This document shows, piece by piece, positions 20,552 through 60,070 of a stretch of DNA of 64,000 bases (position 1 is the stretch's first letter; every line of letters begins with the position of its first letter). The stretch is from Dendrobates tinctorius. Lineage: Eukaryota. Below the pieces are notes generated by a model. That model saw only the letters and a list, made by a program, of their open reading frames with translations. It was not told the origin of the DNA and did not search any database. The translations under genes and the position numbers were made by a program. The stretch is from NCBI RefSeq assembly GCF_039654945.1, contig NW_027361696.1, positions 12,648,001 through 12,712,000 of the forward strand, in the 5' to 3' direction.

Positions 20552-22610
20552 GTGCAGCGTTCTCAGTAAAGATGTGCTGTGTGTGCAGCATTCTCAGTAC
20601 AGACGTGCAGTGTGTGCGGCATTCTTAGTACAGACATACGGTGTAAGCGGCGTTCTCCATACAGATGTGCGGTGTGCATGTTCTCAGTACAGACGTACAG
20701 TGTGTGCGGGGTTCCCAGTACAGACGTGCGGTGTATGCGGCATTATCAGTACAGACGTGCGGTGTATGCGGCATTCTCAGTACAGACGTGCGGTATACGC
20801 GGCGTTCTCAGTACAGATGTGCAATGTGAGCGGCGTACTCAGTAGAGACGTGCTGTGTATGAGCTTTGTTCTCCATACACACGTGCTGTGTATGTGTGGT
20901 GTTCTCCTTACAGATATGCGGTATGTGTGGCATACTCCGTACAGACCAGTGGTGTGTGCGTGGTGTTCTCAGTACAGACATGCAGTGTGTGTGTAGCATT
21001 CTCGGTACAGACGTGCAGCGTTCTCGGTACAGATGTGCAGTGTGTGTGGCGTTCATACAGATGTGTGGTGTGAGCGTTGTTCTCTGTTCAGACATGCGGA
21101 GTTCTCTGTATAGATGTGCAGTGTGTGTGCATTATTAGCACAGACGTGAGTGGTGTTCTCTGTACAGTTGTGCGGTGACTGCGGCGTTCTCAGTGTGTGT
21201 GTAGCGTTCTCAGTACAGACATGCGGTGTATGAGGCGTTCTTAGTACAGACGTGCAGTGTGAGCGGTGTTTTCAGTAAGAAGTGCGGTGTATTTGGTGTG
21301 TGCAGTGTTCTCAGTACAAATGTGCGGTGAGCAGCGTTCTCAGTACAGACGTGCAGTGTACGCGTCGTTTTCAGTACAGATGTGCAGTGCGTGCGAACAG
21401 AAGTGCGGTGTGTGTGTGGCGTTCTCCGAACAGAAGTGCGGTGTGTGTGTGGCGTTCTCCGAACAGAAGTGCGGTGTGTGTGTGGCGTTCTCCGAACAGA
21501 AGTGCGGTGTGTGTGTGGCGTTCTCCGTACAGACATGTGGTATGTGCATGCTGTTCTCAGTACAGACATGCAGTGAGTGTGTGTGTGGCATTCTCAGTAC
21601 AGACGTGTGGAGGTGTGTGGTGTTCTCCATACAGATGTGCAGTGTTCTTTGCACAGACGTTCAGTGTGTGTGCAGCGTTCTCAGAACAAATGTGCGGTGT
21701 GAGCAGCGTTCTCCGTACAGACGTGTGGTATGTGCGGCGTTCACAGTACAAACATGCGGTGTGCACGGTGTTCTCCATACAGACGTGCAGTGTGCGTTTG
21801 ACGTTCTCCATACAGATTTGCGGTGTGAGCGGTGTTCTCTGTACAGATGTGCACTGTGAGCAGCATTCTCTGTACAGACGTGCGATGTGTGTGCAGCGTT
21901 CTCAGCACAGATGTGCAGTGTGTGTGGCATTCTCTGTACAGATGTGCAGTGTGTGTGTGGCATTCTCTGTACAGATGTGCAGTGTGTGTGTGACATTCTC
22001 TGTACAGATGTGCAGTGTGTGTGTGGCATTCACTGTACAGATGTGCGATGGGAGCTGTGTTCTCTGTACAGACGTGCGGTGTGTGAAACGTTCTCATTAC
22101 AGACGTGCAGTGTATGCGGCGTTTTCAGTACAGACATGCAATGTGAGCTGCATACTCAGTACAGACATGCAGTGTGAGTGGTGTTCTCAGTACAGACGTG
22201 TGATGTGTGTGCGGTGTTCTCCGTACAGACGTGGCGTTCACGGCGTTCTCCATACAGATGTGCAATGTGAGCGGCATACTCAGTACAGACACATGGTGTG
22301 CACGGTGTTCTCCATACAGACGTGCAGTGTGTGTGGCGTTCTCCATACAGATGTGCGGTGTTATCTGTACAGACGTGCGGTGTGTGAAACGTTCTCACTA
22401 CAGACGTGCAGTGTGTGCGGCGTTTTCAGTACAGACGTGCAATGTGAGCTGCATACTCAGTACAGACATGCGGTGTGAGTGGTGTTCTCAGTACAGAAGT
22501 GTGATGTGTGTGCGGTGGTCTCTGTACAGACGTGTGGTGTGTTGGACTTTCTCAGTACAGATGTGCCGTGTATGCGGCATTCTCTGTGTATAGACGTGCG
22601 GTGTGCATTG
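20552..22610. repeat. GT-rich minisatellite, right half (same unit as 7150-8716)
   Basis: Continuous gtacagacgtgcggtgtgtgtggcgttctc-type units, with locally perfect 33-bp copies at about 21395-21525. Confidence 0.92.
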
Positions 22611-22714
22611 GTTTTCCCCCTTGTTGTCCGTTTTCCTGTTAATCCCTGATCGCTCATCTCTGCACTCACTTTAACCTTCTCTCCATAAAGAATAAAGTTG
22701 TATAAGTCTCAAAC

Positions 22715-22866
22715 TGTATAAATCCTGTGAGTGGGTAACGGGCGTGCAGGCTCCAGTGTGAGGATGGGCCGGGAGCACGTCACTGCACACACAGGGTGCA
22801 GCTGTACTGAGTTGTCAGATTCGCTGTGGATTCCTCTGACACCAGACAGGAGAGACGCGACTCCAG
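22715..22866 (+). promoter_or_regulatory. sh2d5: Candidate TATA box and non-coding first exon of sh2d5
   Basis: TATAAA at 22717-22722 and donor CAG|GTGAGG at 22866/22867, about 280 bp upstream of the acceptor of the first coding exon. There is no transcript evidence. Confidence 0.3.
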
Positions 22867-23151
22867 GTGAGGGATCAGGATGGTGGGGGAGTAATGAGCT
22901 CGGCCCCTCCTGGGTCCAGCCTTTACCTTCAGAAGAATCTGTATCAGTGGCCTTGCACACTACATATGGGGCCACTGCTCCTCTGTACACCAATGTGGGG
23001 GTAACGGGCAGAATTCCAACAGGAATGGTGTAGACACCTTGGAAACGTGACATATGAGTGATTAATAACTTGTGGGAAGTCTGTGTGTTTTATTTTCGGT
23101 GAGCTCAACACGTCCCCTAAATCTATGTCCTACGTTTATACAGAGAAAGAC

Positions 23152-50539
<27,388 letters not shown>

Positions 50540-51080
50540 TAAGACACACAGATAGGACAAGTAGAGGAGAGCCCCCTGCAGACAGCAGACCCCACACAAG
50601 GGGTAGTGGGAGAGGTCATCACATGCTGACCAGGAATTATCACCCGAGGGTCTGCTCCAGTCATTGTGGCTGAGGATGAAGAGGGATATTGGCGGCCACA
50701 TAAAATGTACAGCCGACGTGCTCCACTCACGCTTCCCCCTACATCTAGAAGCCACATTCACTGCACTGACCCCTGGGGCTCCAGTTCTACGCTTTCTTCT
50801 TCCTACTTGCTGTAGCTATGACGTTCTCACTCAGCGACATGACATCTCTGCAGACAATCACGGACCGTGGAAGGGCTCAGACTGTTGGATCTACCATGTG
50901 ATCCAGCCATTAAACGCTGTGCTGTCTCGCTCCATGCTGCATGCGGAGCCCTTGCAGACTTTGAGTAGCAGGATATACAGGGCAGATACGGGCACCTTGC
51001 GGACAGTGATGCCAACATGTCTTCCTTCATGTCACCTCCTCCATGGTAGCCCCCCGTTTTCTAGTTTATGTATTGCAGTT

Positions 51081-51086
51081 AATAAA
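51081..51086 (+). terminator. sh2d5: Probable sh2d5 polyadenylation signal
   Basis: AATAAA about 540 bp after the stop codon. Confidence 0.55.
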
Positions 51087-51329
51087 TATAGTTTTACACT
51101 GCGTCATCTCCTGTCTGCAATTTATCCCCCGATCCTAATCAGGGGTCGGAGGATGTGCACGTTCACACCTCCGCTCAGGAAGGGTAGAGGTCCGATTCTT
51201 CTATCAGCTGCCCCCAACCTCAGGGAATGGCCGTTCAGCCATACAGCGTTCACTACGGGCTTATGTTAGGCAGCCTCATCCTCAGTCTGCCCCCCCCCCC
51301 CCCGTTGCCCCCATGGCGATCCGCCTAGA

Positions 51330-52655
51330 CGTTGTGAAAAAATTAGCCAGAACATCTCACAGAGCACTGATCAATCCATCATCCAAACATGGAAGGGATA
51401 TGGACCAATTGCAGACTTCCAAAGATATGGCCGTCCATCTAACCTGACCTCCCAAGACATGGATGACCACCTAACCTGACATCCCAAGACATGAATGACC
51501 ACCTAACATGACCTCCCAAGACATGGCCGTCCATCTAACCTGACCTCCCAAGACATGGATAGTCACCTAACCTGACCTCCCAAGACATGGACGACCACCT
51601 AACCTGACCTCGCAAGACATGACCGACCACCTAACCTGACCTCCCAAGACATGGCCGTCCATCTAACCTGACCTCCCAAGACATGGATGGCCACCTAACC
51701 TGACCTCCCAAGACATGGACGACCACCTAACCTGACCTCGCAAGACATGGCCGACCACCTAACCTGACCTCCCAAGACATGGCCGTCCATCTAACCTGAC
51801 CTCCCAAGACATGGACGACCACCTAACCTGACCTTGCAAGACATGGCCGACCACCTAACCTGACCTCCCATGCGAGCAGAGCACTAATGAGAGTAGTCGA
51901 GAAGCCCATGGTTATTGGAAGAGCCACAGAGATCCACAGCTCGGGGTAGAATCTGTCCACAGGATGACTTTTAGTTGTATACTCCACAAATCTGGCCTTA
52001 TTGAAGAGCAGCAAGTAGAAAGCCATAAGAAGTCCCATGTAGGAAGCAGTGAGGATGTGGAAAAAGGGGCTCTGGTCAGATGAGATCAAAACGCTATATG
52101 TGGTGGAGAACACCATCCCCACCGTCACACATGGTGGGTGCAGCATCATGCTGTGGGGAGGCTTTTCTTCAGCAGGGGTAGGGAAACTGGTCAGAGGTGA
52201 TGGGAAAATGGATAGAGCTAAATACAGGACAATCCTGGAGGAAAATCTGCTAGAGACTGCAGAAGACATGAGACTGGGACGTAGTCGCCTTCCAGCGCAG
52301 GACAATGACCCTCAACATCCTGCCAAGCTACAATTGGGGCTTTAGATCGGACTAAATCATGTGTGAGAACGGCGCAGTCATCGTCCAGTACCAAATCTCA
52401 GAGAATCTGTGACAAGACATAAAAATTACTGATCACAAACGTCTCCATCCAAAGTCACTGAGCGAGAGCGAGTGTGCAAAGCTGAATATTAATGCACCTC
52501 ACAATGGTCAGATTTATATTTTTACAATAATTAGTACACCCATGTATCATTTCCTTTACACATCACAAATACTTGTTACTTTTTGTTTGTATCACAGAAA
52601 ATTCCAATAAAATACATATAAGTCTGTGGGTGTAACAGGAAAAATGTGGAACAGG
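51330..52655 (+). mobile_element. Degenerate Tc1 element with an internal 32-bp minisatellite expansion (about 51419-51870)
   Basis: NISQSTDQSIIQTWKGYG...YGRPSNLT precedes the array. After it come RALMR..., LWSDEIK, TVTHGGCSIMLWGGFS, YRTILEENL and QDNDPQH. Confidence 0.8.
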
Positions 52656-52659
52656 GTAG

Positions 52660-53905
52660 AGGATTTATGAGGGGGGATTGTTGCGGGGTGATGGGGGAAG
52701 GGGCAATGGATTTATGAGGGAGGATTGCTGCAGGTGGGGCAGGGGATTTATGAGGGGGGATTGATGAGGATTTATGAGGGGGGGATTGCTGGGGCAGGGG
52801 ATTTATCAGGGGGGGTTGCTGGGGGTGAGGCAGAGTATTTATGAGGAGGGATTGCTGAGGGGTGATGGGGCGGGGCAGGGGATTTATGCGCGGACTCGGT
52901 TGCTAGGGGGTGGAGCAGATTTATGAGGGGGGTTGCTGGGGCACGGCAGGGAATTTATGAGGGGGCATCGCTGTGGGGGTGATGAATGGCAGGGCAGGGG
53001 ATTTATGAGGGGGCATCGCTGTGGGGGTGATGAATGGCAGGGCAGGGGATTTATGAGGGGGCATCGCTGTGGGGGTGATGAATGGCAGGGCAGGGGATTT
53101 ATGAGGGGGCATCGCTGTGGGGGTGATGAATGGCAGGGCTGGGGATTTATGAGGGGGCATCGCTGTGGGGGTGATGAATGGCGGGCAGGGGATTTATGAG
53201 GGGGCATCGCTGTGGGGGTGATGAATGGCAGGGCTGGGGATTTATGAGGGGGCATCGCTGTGGGGGTGATGAATGGCAGGGCAGGGGATTTATGAGGGGG
53301 CATCGCTGTGGGGGTGATGAATGGCAGGGCAGGGGATTTATGAGGGGGCATCGCTGTGGGGGTGATGAATGGCACGGCTGGGGATTTATGAGGGGGCATC
53401 GCTGTGGGGGTGATGAATGGCGGGCAGGGGATTTATGAGGGGGCATCGCTGTGGGGGTGATGAATGGCAGGGCTGGGGATTTATGAGGGGGCATCGCTGT
53501 GGGGGTGATGAATGGCAGGGCAGGGGATTTATGAGGGGGCATCGCTGTGGGGGTGATGAATGGCAGGGCAGGGGATTTATGAGGGGGCATCGCTGTGGGG
53601 GTGATGAATGGCAGGGCTGGGGATTTATGAGGGGGCATCGCTGTGGGGGTGATGAATGGCAGGGCAGGGGATTTATGAGGGGGCATCGCTGTGGGGGTGA
53701 TGAATGGCAGGGCAGGGGATTTATGAGGGGGCATCGCTGTGGGGGTGATGAATGGCAGGGCAGGGGATTTATGAGGGGGGTTGCTGGGGATTAATGAGGG
53801 GAGTTGCAGGGGTGCAGGGCAGGAGTGATGGGGCGGAGCAGGGGATTAATGGGGGAGGGGTTGCTGGGGGTAGGGCAGGAGATTTATGACGGAGGTTTGC
53901 TGGGG
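52660..53905. repeat. G-rich 48-bp VNTR (gggatttatgagggggcatcgctgtgggggtgatgaatggcagggcag), about 17 near-perfect copies at 52950-53775 with degenerate flanks
   Basis: Directly visible. A 47-bp variant unit recurs 239 bp apart. Confidence 0.95.
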
Positions 53906-54019
53906 GTCCCGCTATTGTTATTATACAGACAAAGTAAAACGCCTCCCGAGTTCGCATCAGCGGACACCTGACTCCTTAGGAAGCAGAAAATATCTATCAG
54001 CCCCATGGAGCAGAGGACT

Positions 54020-54215
54020 TCTTGTCCATAGCAACCAGTCACGTGCTGACAGCCGAGACCAGATGAGTGTTGCTGGGATGTGTAGTCCTAGTTCTCAGCA
54101 TCTGGACAGCACCGGCGAGCAGATGATGGGGGTTGTAGTAGAAAGGGAACGACATACCCCGCCCCCTGCTCGTGACGTCATGCAGTGGTGCACCGGTTGC
54201 TAGGTGACGGGAACG
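54020..54215 (+). promoter_or_regulatory. kif17: Candidate kif17 promoter
   Basis: X-box-like TTGTCCATAGCAAC (54022-54035) and GTTGCTAGGTGAC (54196-54208), E-box GTCACGTG (54038-54045), two reverse ACTACAnnnCCCA ZNF143-type motifs (54074-54086, 54127-54139), GC box (54157-54166) and CRE TGACGTCA (54173-54180). Confidence 0.65.
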
Positions 54216-54299
54216 CGGGGGGGAGGGGTTTCTCAGGATTTAGGGACCACTGCGATATCGGGGAGGACAGAGCAGGCGGCTGCGGGGGCGAGATCCGGC

Positions 54300-54790
54300 G
54301 GGGACAGAGACAGCCTGAGAGAGACATCTGGAGAGAGACAGAGAGAGAGAGACCGCCTGAGACAAAGACAGCCTGAGAGAGACATCCGGCGAGATAGACC
54401 ACCAGAAACAGCCTGAGAGAGACCGTGGAGAGACAAACCAAGAGAGCGACATCTGGAGAGAGACTGCCCGGGACAGAGAAAGCCTGAGAGAGACATCTGG
54501 AGAGAGACAGAGAGAGACCGCTGGGGACACAGATAGCCTGAGAGAGACATCTGGAGGGAGACAGCCTGAGAGAGACATCTGGAGGGAGACAGCCTGAGAG
54601 AGACATCTGGAGGGAGACAGCCTGAGAGAGACATCTGGAGGGAGACAGCCTGAGAGAGACATCTGGAGGGAGACAGCCTGAGAGAGACATCTGGAGGGAG
54701 ACAGAGAGGGACCGCCGGGGACACAGACAGCCTGAGAGAGACATCTGGAGAGAGACTAACAAAGGCTGACAGAGACCCTGAGACTGGAGA
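54300..54790. repeat. Purine-rich tandem repeat of about 29-30 bp (gagacagcctgagagagacatctggagg)
   Basis: Perfect copies at about 54535-54705, between the candidate promoter and the kif17 ATG. Confidence 0.9.
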
Positions 54791-55065
54791 GAGACCAGTA
54801 CAGGAGAAGAGAGCCCAGATAATTGAGACAGCCTGAGACTGGAGAAAGAGAGCGCTGTGCTGGTGAAGAGTGACCGCCTGGTGAAGACAGACCAATACAG
54901 GGGTCAGTAACCTTGGGGCTCCTGAGCTGCAGGTGCTGGGGCCTCCTGGGACTGAACATGGAGGGGCCCTACAGCAGCCTTGAGGCTAGGATCAGAGCGC
55001 ACTGACACTACCAGGGGGGCAGAGACCTCCGGCAGGTGAGCAGCGGAGTGCCCCCTCCAGGGATC

Positions 55066-55296
55066 ATGGCGTCAGAGTGTGTGAAGGTGGTGGTCCGCTG
55101 CCGCCCCATGAACAGCAGAGAGCGAGAACTGAAGTGCCGAGCCGTTGTCGCCATGGACAGCAACCGGGGCCAGTGCTTCATCAGGAGGCCGGAGGGGGCA
55201 GAGGAGACCCCCAAACAGTTCACCTTTGACGGGGCGTACAACATGGAGCACTGCACTGAGCAGATCTACAATGAGATCGCCTTCCCCCTGGTGGAG
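55066..55296 (+). CDS. kif17: Kinesin-like protein KIF17 (kinesin-2), first coding exon; gene continues beyond the window
   Basis: MASECVKVVVRCRPMNSRERELKC...PKQFTFDGAYNMEHCTEQIYNEIAFPLVE (77 codons) followed by donor GTAAGC. Synteny with sh2d5 and hp1bp3 supports KIF17 over KIF3 paralogues. Confidence 0.92.
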
Positions 55297-56530
55297 GTAA
55301 GCGCATGAGACACTTGAGACCCCACACGTTCTCCTGTGGGGCACCAGTGAGAGCCGGGGGCCAGAGCAGCTTTCTGTGCTCTCCAGTGATACTCCAGTGT
55401 CACTACTAGACATAGGAGCTCACAGTGAGGTGCAGAAACATTTGAATGGTGACACAAGTTTTGGCATTTTAGCTGTTCACAGAATCCAGTCCTATAATCA
55501 CACACCCACACCCCCCGCCCCAGCAGCAAGCATGGTGGAAGAGTTGCTCCATCACCCTAATCCCACTGCCACCCTCTGTTACCCTCCCTTCCTTTGAGGT
55601 GCACTCTGTGCGCATCTACTCCCCCTCCAACTAGCCGTCATCTACCGCCCTCCAGGGTCAGCCACCACCTTCTTTGACCACTTCACCACCTGGCTACTTC
55701 ATTTCCTTTCCACTGATATCTCCACTATCATCTTGGGCGACTTCAACATCCCCATTGACACTTCCCTCTCAGCCAGGGGTGGATTAAGGGTAGCCAGGGC
55801 CCCCGGCTGTTCAGACTCTTGTGGGCCCCCCCGGTCATGTGACGGCGTCATGTGACGGGGTCGGGAAGTCACTAGTTTTCATGACGCATATGGTGCGGGA
55901 AGGGGTTAAATACTGACGTAAAAAGCTCAGCAAATACACAACCTGTGCACGAGGCCTCACAAATACTGAGGTAAAAACTCACCAAATACTCAGCGTGTGC
56001 ATGAGGCCTTATAAATACTGAGGTAAAAACTCACCAAATACTCAGCGTGTGCACGAGGCCTTACAAATACTGGAAGGCTTCCACCCAACATCTAGTCCTG
56101 ACTCACTTGTACCTAACATCAAAACCAGCTAATAGTCTGCAATCACCTGCTGACCTGGGCCCATGACCTGTCAGACAAGTTACTTCACATGAGTCACACA
56201 GATGCTTCTGCTTCATGAACTTCCCGAGATAGAAGAAGCAGCCTCCGATGTGCAGCCTGTGGCCGGATACACAGGAAGAGACGCTCCTCGTCACAGGCTG
56301 TGCCCAACATGGCAGCAGAGGGGTTAACGCCACAGACAAATCGCCGTCTCCTTACACACTGGACACGACGCTGCATCTGGTAACCAACAAGCGCAATTTT
56401 AGTTATGTCCCAGATGTTCAGCATGTGGAGGACCAAGGGGGGACAAAAAAGATCCCAGGATTTCAACAGGCGCATGGGAAAGTGGACGGCGGTTGGAGGG
56501 GCAGGGTTTATATAGGGGTCGGAGTAAATA

Positions 56531-56587
<57 letters not shown>

Positions 56588-56590
<3 letters not shown>

Positions 56591-57808
56591 TCACTGGCCA
56601 CTTTATTAGGTACACCATGCTAGTAAGGGGTTGGACCCCCTTTTGCCTTCAGAACTGCCTCAATTCTTCGTGGCAGAGATTCAACAAGGTGCTGGAAGCA
56701 TTCCTCAGAGATTTTGGACCATATTGACATGATGGCATCACACAGTTGGCGCAGATTTGTCGGCTGCACATCCCTGATGCGAATCTCCCGTTCCACCACA
56801 TCCCAAAGATGCTCTATTGGATTGAGATCTGGTGACTGAGGAGGCCATTTGAGTACAGTAAACTCATTGTCATGTTCAAGAAACCAATCTGAGATGATTC
56901 GAGCTTTATGACATGGCGCATTATCCTGCTGAAAGTAGCCATCAGATGTTGGGTACATTGTGGTCATAAAGGGATGGACATGGTCAGCAACAATACTCAG
57001 GTAGGCTGTGGCGTTGCAACGATGCTCAATTGGTACCAAGGGGCCCAAAGAGTGCCCAGAAAAAATTCCCCACACCATGACACCACCACCACCAGCCTGA
57101 ACCGTTGATACAAGGCAGGATGGATCCATGCTTTCATGTTGTTTACGCCAAATTCTGACCCTACCATCCGAATGTCGCAGCAGAAATCGAGACTCATCAG
57201 ACCAGGCAACGTTTTTCCAATCTTCTACTGTCCAATTTCGATGAGCTTGTGCAAATTGTAGCCTCAGTTTCCTGTTCTTAGCTGAGAGGAGTGGTACCCA
57301 GTGTGGTCTTCTGCTGCTGTAGCCCATCTGCCTCAAAGTTCGACGCACTGTGCGTTCAGAGATGCTCTTCTGCCTACCTTGGTTGTAACGGGTGGCAATT
57401 TGAGTCACTGTTGCCTTTCTATCAGCTCGAACCAGTCTGCCCATTCTCCTCTGACCTCTGGCATCAACATGGCATTTCCGGCCACAGAACTGCCGCTCAC
57501 TGGATTTTTTTTCTTTTTCGGACCATTCTCTGTAAACCCTAGAGATGGTTGTGCGTGAAAATCCCAGTAGATCAGCAGTTTCTGAAATTCTCAGACCAGC
57601 CCTTCTGGCACCAACAATCATGCCACGTTCAAAGGCACTCAAATCACCTTTCTTCCCCATACTGATGCTCGGTTTGAACTGCAGGAGATTGTCTTGACCA
57701 TGTCTACATGCCTAAATGCACTGAGTTGCCGCCATGTGATTGGCTGATTAGAAATTAAGTCTTAACACACAGTTGGACAGGTGTACCTAATAAAGTGGCC
57801 AGTGAGTG
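56588..57808 (-). mobile_element. Full-length Tc1/mariner DD36E (Incomer-type) transposon, 1221 bp
   Basis: Perfect 29-bp TIRs CACTCACTGGCCACTTTATTAGGTACACC, TA on both sides, inserted in a (TA)n run, with an uninterrupted ORF. Confidence 0.95.
56620..57660 (-). CDS. Intact 346-aa DD36E transposase
   Basis: [22 protein letters not shown] (HTH), WSDESRF, and QQDNAPCH followed by 36 residues to the E of [11 protein letters not shown]. There are no stops or frameshifts. Confidence 0.93.
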   Translation of the reverse strand: MGKKGDLSAFERGMIVGARRAGLRISETADLLGFSRTTISRVYREWSEKEKKSSERQFCGRKCHVDARGQRRMGRLVRADRKATVTQIATRYNQGRQKSISERTVRRTLRQMGYSSRRPHWVPLLSAKNRKLRLQFAQAHRNWTVEDWKNVAWSDESRFLLRHSDGRVRIWRKQHESMDPSCLVSTVQAGGGGVMVWGIFSGHSLGPLVPIEHRCNATAYLSIVADHVHPFMTTMYPTSDGYFQQDNAPCHKARIISDWFLEHDNEFTVLKWPPQSPDLNPIEHLWDVVEREIRIRDVQPTNLRQLCDAIMSIWSKISEECFQHLVESLPRRIEAVLKAKGGPTPY

Positions 57809-58488
57809 TATATACACACACACATTACTACATGCGGGCCACGCATACATGCACAATCCTCAGGTTGTATAACTTTCAACTGGTCAAAACATTTCTGTCA
57901 GTAGGCCAAGAAAGAAATGTAGACCCGCCATCTCGTGCCCACCTTACCAGAGGTGCCCACTGCCCACATATAACAAAGTTGATGGAAACAGACGACTTCC
58001 ATTATGATGATTGGTTACCGGCCTTCTGTGTATGATCACCTTCCCAGAGAAAGGGCTAAATCCTGGCTACAATGTAACAATGTTAGGACCCCTCAGTGTC
58101 ACGGCTACTACTGACCCCATGACCTCCCCACCACCCTCTATGGAGATGACTGGACTCCCTGTATAATGCTATTCCACACTGAGTTACCTCCATAACTCGG
58201 CTGAGATACACTAGAAGAGTAGTATCGCAAGAAGTATCCCAGGCATTCCCAGCCTGAAGTGAGTGAACTTGCAGGTAACGTCATGGTGAGGATTTCTGCG
58301 ATGGTTGCACAGCTCTTGTAACTTTTTCCCTACTGAGAAACACTGACAGCGATGCTACAACTTATGCGCGACCAAACGTGATTGGTGCCCTAGAGGCCAA
58401 TATCTGTCGTGGCCCTGCACCGCTAATTGCAGATATAGTGACAACACAGCGTGGAGATGTGCCGTCATGTACCATCGAGAAACTGTAA

Positions 58489-59505
58489 GGCTGTGTTCAC
58501 ACGTAGCTTTTTTTTTGCGTTTTACAAAAAAATCCGCTCAAAAAACGCTTAAAAGACGCATCCCATTCATTTTAATGCATTTTGCACTTTTCGTGCATAT
58601 TGATGGGTTTTTTCCACTCATCAATTTTGCGGTAAATTCCGCATTTCTGGCTATTTTCTATGTGTCTGGGGATGCTCCGGAAAAAATTACGGCAAAAACG
58701 CGCAAAAATCACGGCAAAAACGCGCGTTTTCTGGGCAGGAGTCCGGTTTTCATACAGAAATTTTCTGCATACCTGTGCACATAAGGGGTACAGCAATGAT
58801 TTAGGCTATGTGCGTTTTTAAGTGCTCAGGAAACGGGTCTCCTTACCAGAAAACGCGCTGCAAAAAACGTGCGTTTTTTGCGGAAAAACCACGCATTTTT
58901 GATGCGTTTTTTTCTGCGCGTCTTCTGGACTATAGGAAATAGCCAAAAACGGGGACCTAAGCGGAAATTAATGAACATGCTGCGTTTTTTTTACCGCTAA
59001 GCGTTTCCTTAGCGGTAAAAAAATGCATCCATTGGCACAAAAAGGCCAAAATGCATTAAAATGAATGGGATGCTTCTTTTAAGCGTTTTTGATGCGGTTT
59101 GAGGCTGAGTGCAGACGGAGTTTTGAGCCCTGCGGATTTTTCCGTGCAGAATGGAAGAAAACCGCAGGTCAAATGACCTGCATTTTTCCTGCGGATTTCT
59201 TCCATTTTTCACGCGGTTTTCATGCGGTTTTCCATTGCGGTTTTCCCCCTGCGGATTTGGTGATAGGGGAGATAGAAAACCGCACAAAAGAAGTAACATG
59301 CTGCGGATTTTGTACCGCGGGAAAACCGCAGCGTCTGCACAGCGTTTTTTTTTTTCCATTCATTTTAAAGGTACTGTACATCACAATGGGGATATGCAAC
59401 GTTTCTGCGCAGTAAAATCCGCTGCGGAAACACTGCAAATCTGCATCGTGTGCACATGGCCTCACCCTGAAAAACGCTTAAAAAACGCAAAGTGGGCACA
59501 CAGCC
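58489..59505. mobile_element. Cluster of nested Harbinger-type MITEs
   Basis: Outer termini TAA|GGCTGTGTTCACAC ... GTGGGCACACAGCC|TTA. Internal starts occur at about 58804 (ggctatgtgc) and 59103-59461 (ggctgagtgcagacg ... cgtgtgcacatggcc). Confidence 0.7.
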
Positions 59506-59509
59506 TTAG

Positions 59510-60070
59510 CCTCCCCAGCGCAGCGCGACACTCAGCCGTCCCAACGCAGCTCTGCTCCCAGCGCAGCGCGACACTCAGCTGTCCCAATGCAGCTCCTCTC
59601 CCAGCGCAGTGACACTCAGCCACCCCAACGCAGCACCGTGACACTCAGCCATCCCAACGCAGCGTGACACTCAGCCGTCTCTATGCAGCTCCACTCACAG
59701 CGCGACATTCAGCCGTCCCAACGCAGCACCGCTCCCAGCACACCGCAACACTCAGCCGTCCCAACGCTGCACCGCTCCCAACGCAGCGTGACACTCAGCC
59801 GTCCTAATGCAGCTCCGCTCCCATCGCGTGACACTCAGCCGTCCCAACGCAGCACCGCTCCCAGCGCACCGCGACATTCAGCCGTCCCAACGCAGCACCG
59901 CTCCCAGCGCAGCACGACATTCAGCGGTCATAACGCAGCTCCGCTCTCAACGCAGCGTGACACTCAGCCGTCCCAACGCAGCACCACTCGCAATGCAGCG
60001 TGACACTCAGCCGTCTAACGCAGCTCCGCTCCCAACGCAGCGCGACACTCAGCCGTCCCAACGCAGCTGC
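59510..60070. repeat. C-rich minisatellite of about 41-43 bp (cccagcgcagcgcgacactcagccgtcccaacgcagctccgct)
   Basis: About 13 degenerate tandem units. Confidence 0.88.

Noticed and set aside
21282-22478. 398-aa Cys/Val-rich ORF and many overlapping ORFs at 7273-8657 and 20574-22669
   Set aside because: These are translations of a stop-poor GT-rich minisatellite, open in several frames on both strands with no domain structure.
51419-53775. Regular 32-48-bp repeats resembling CRISPR arrays
   Set aside because: The units are head-to-tail with no unique spacers, there are no cas genes, and the DNA is eukaryotic with spliceosomal introns.
52884-54895. Periodic ORFs (MPPHKSPALPFITPTA, VSLQMSLSGCL)
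   Set aside because: They are VNTR translations, not genes.
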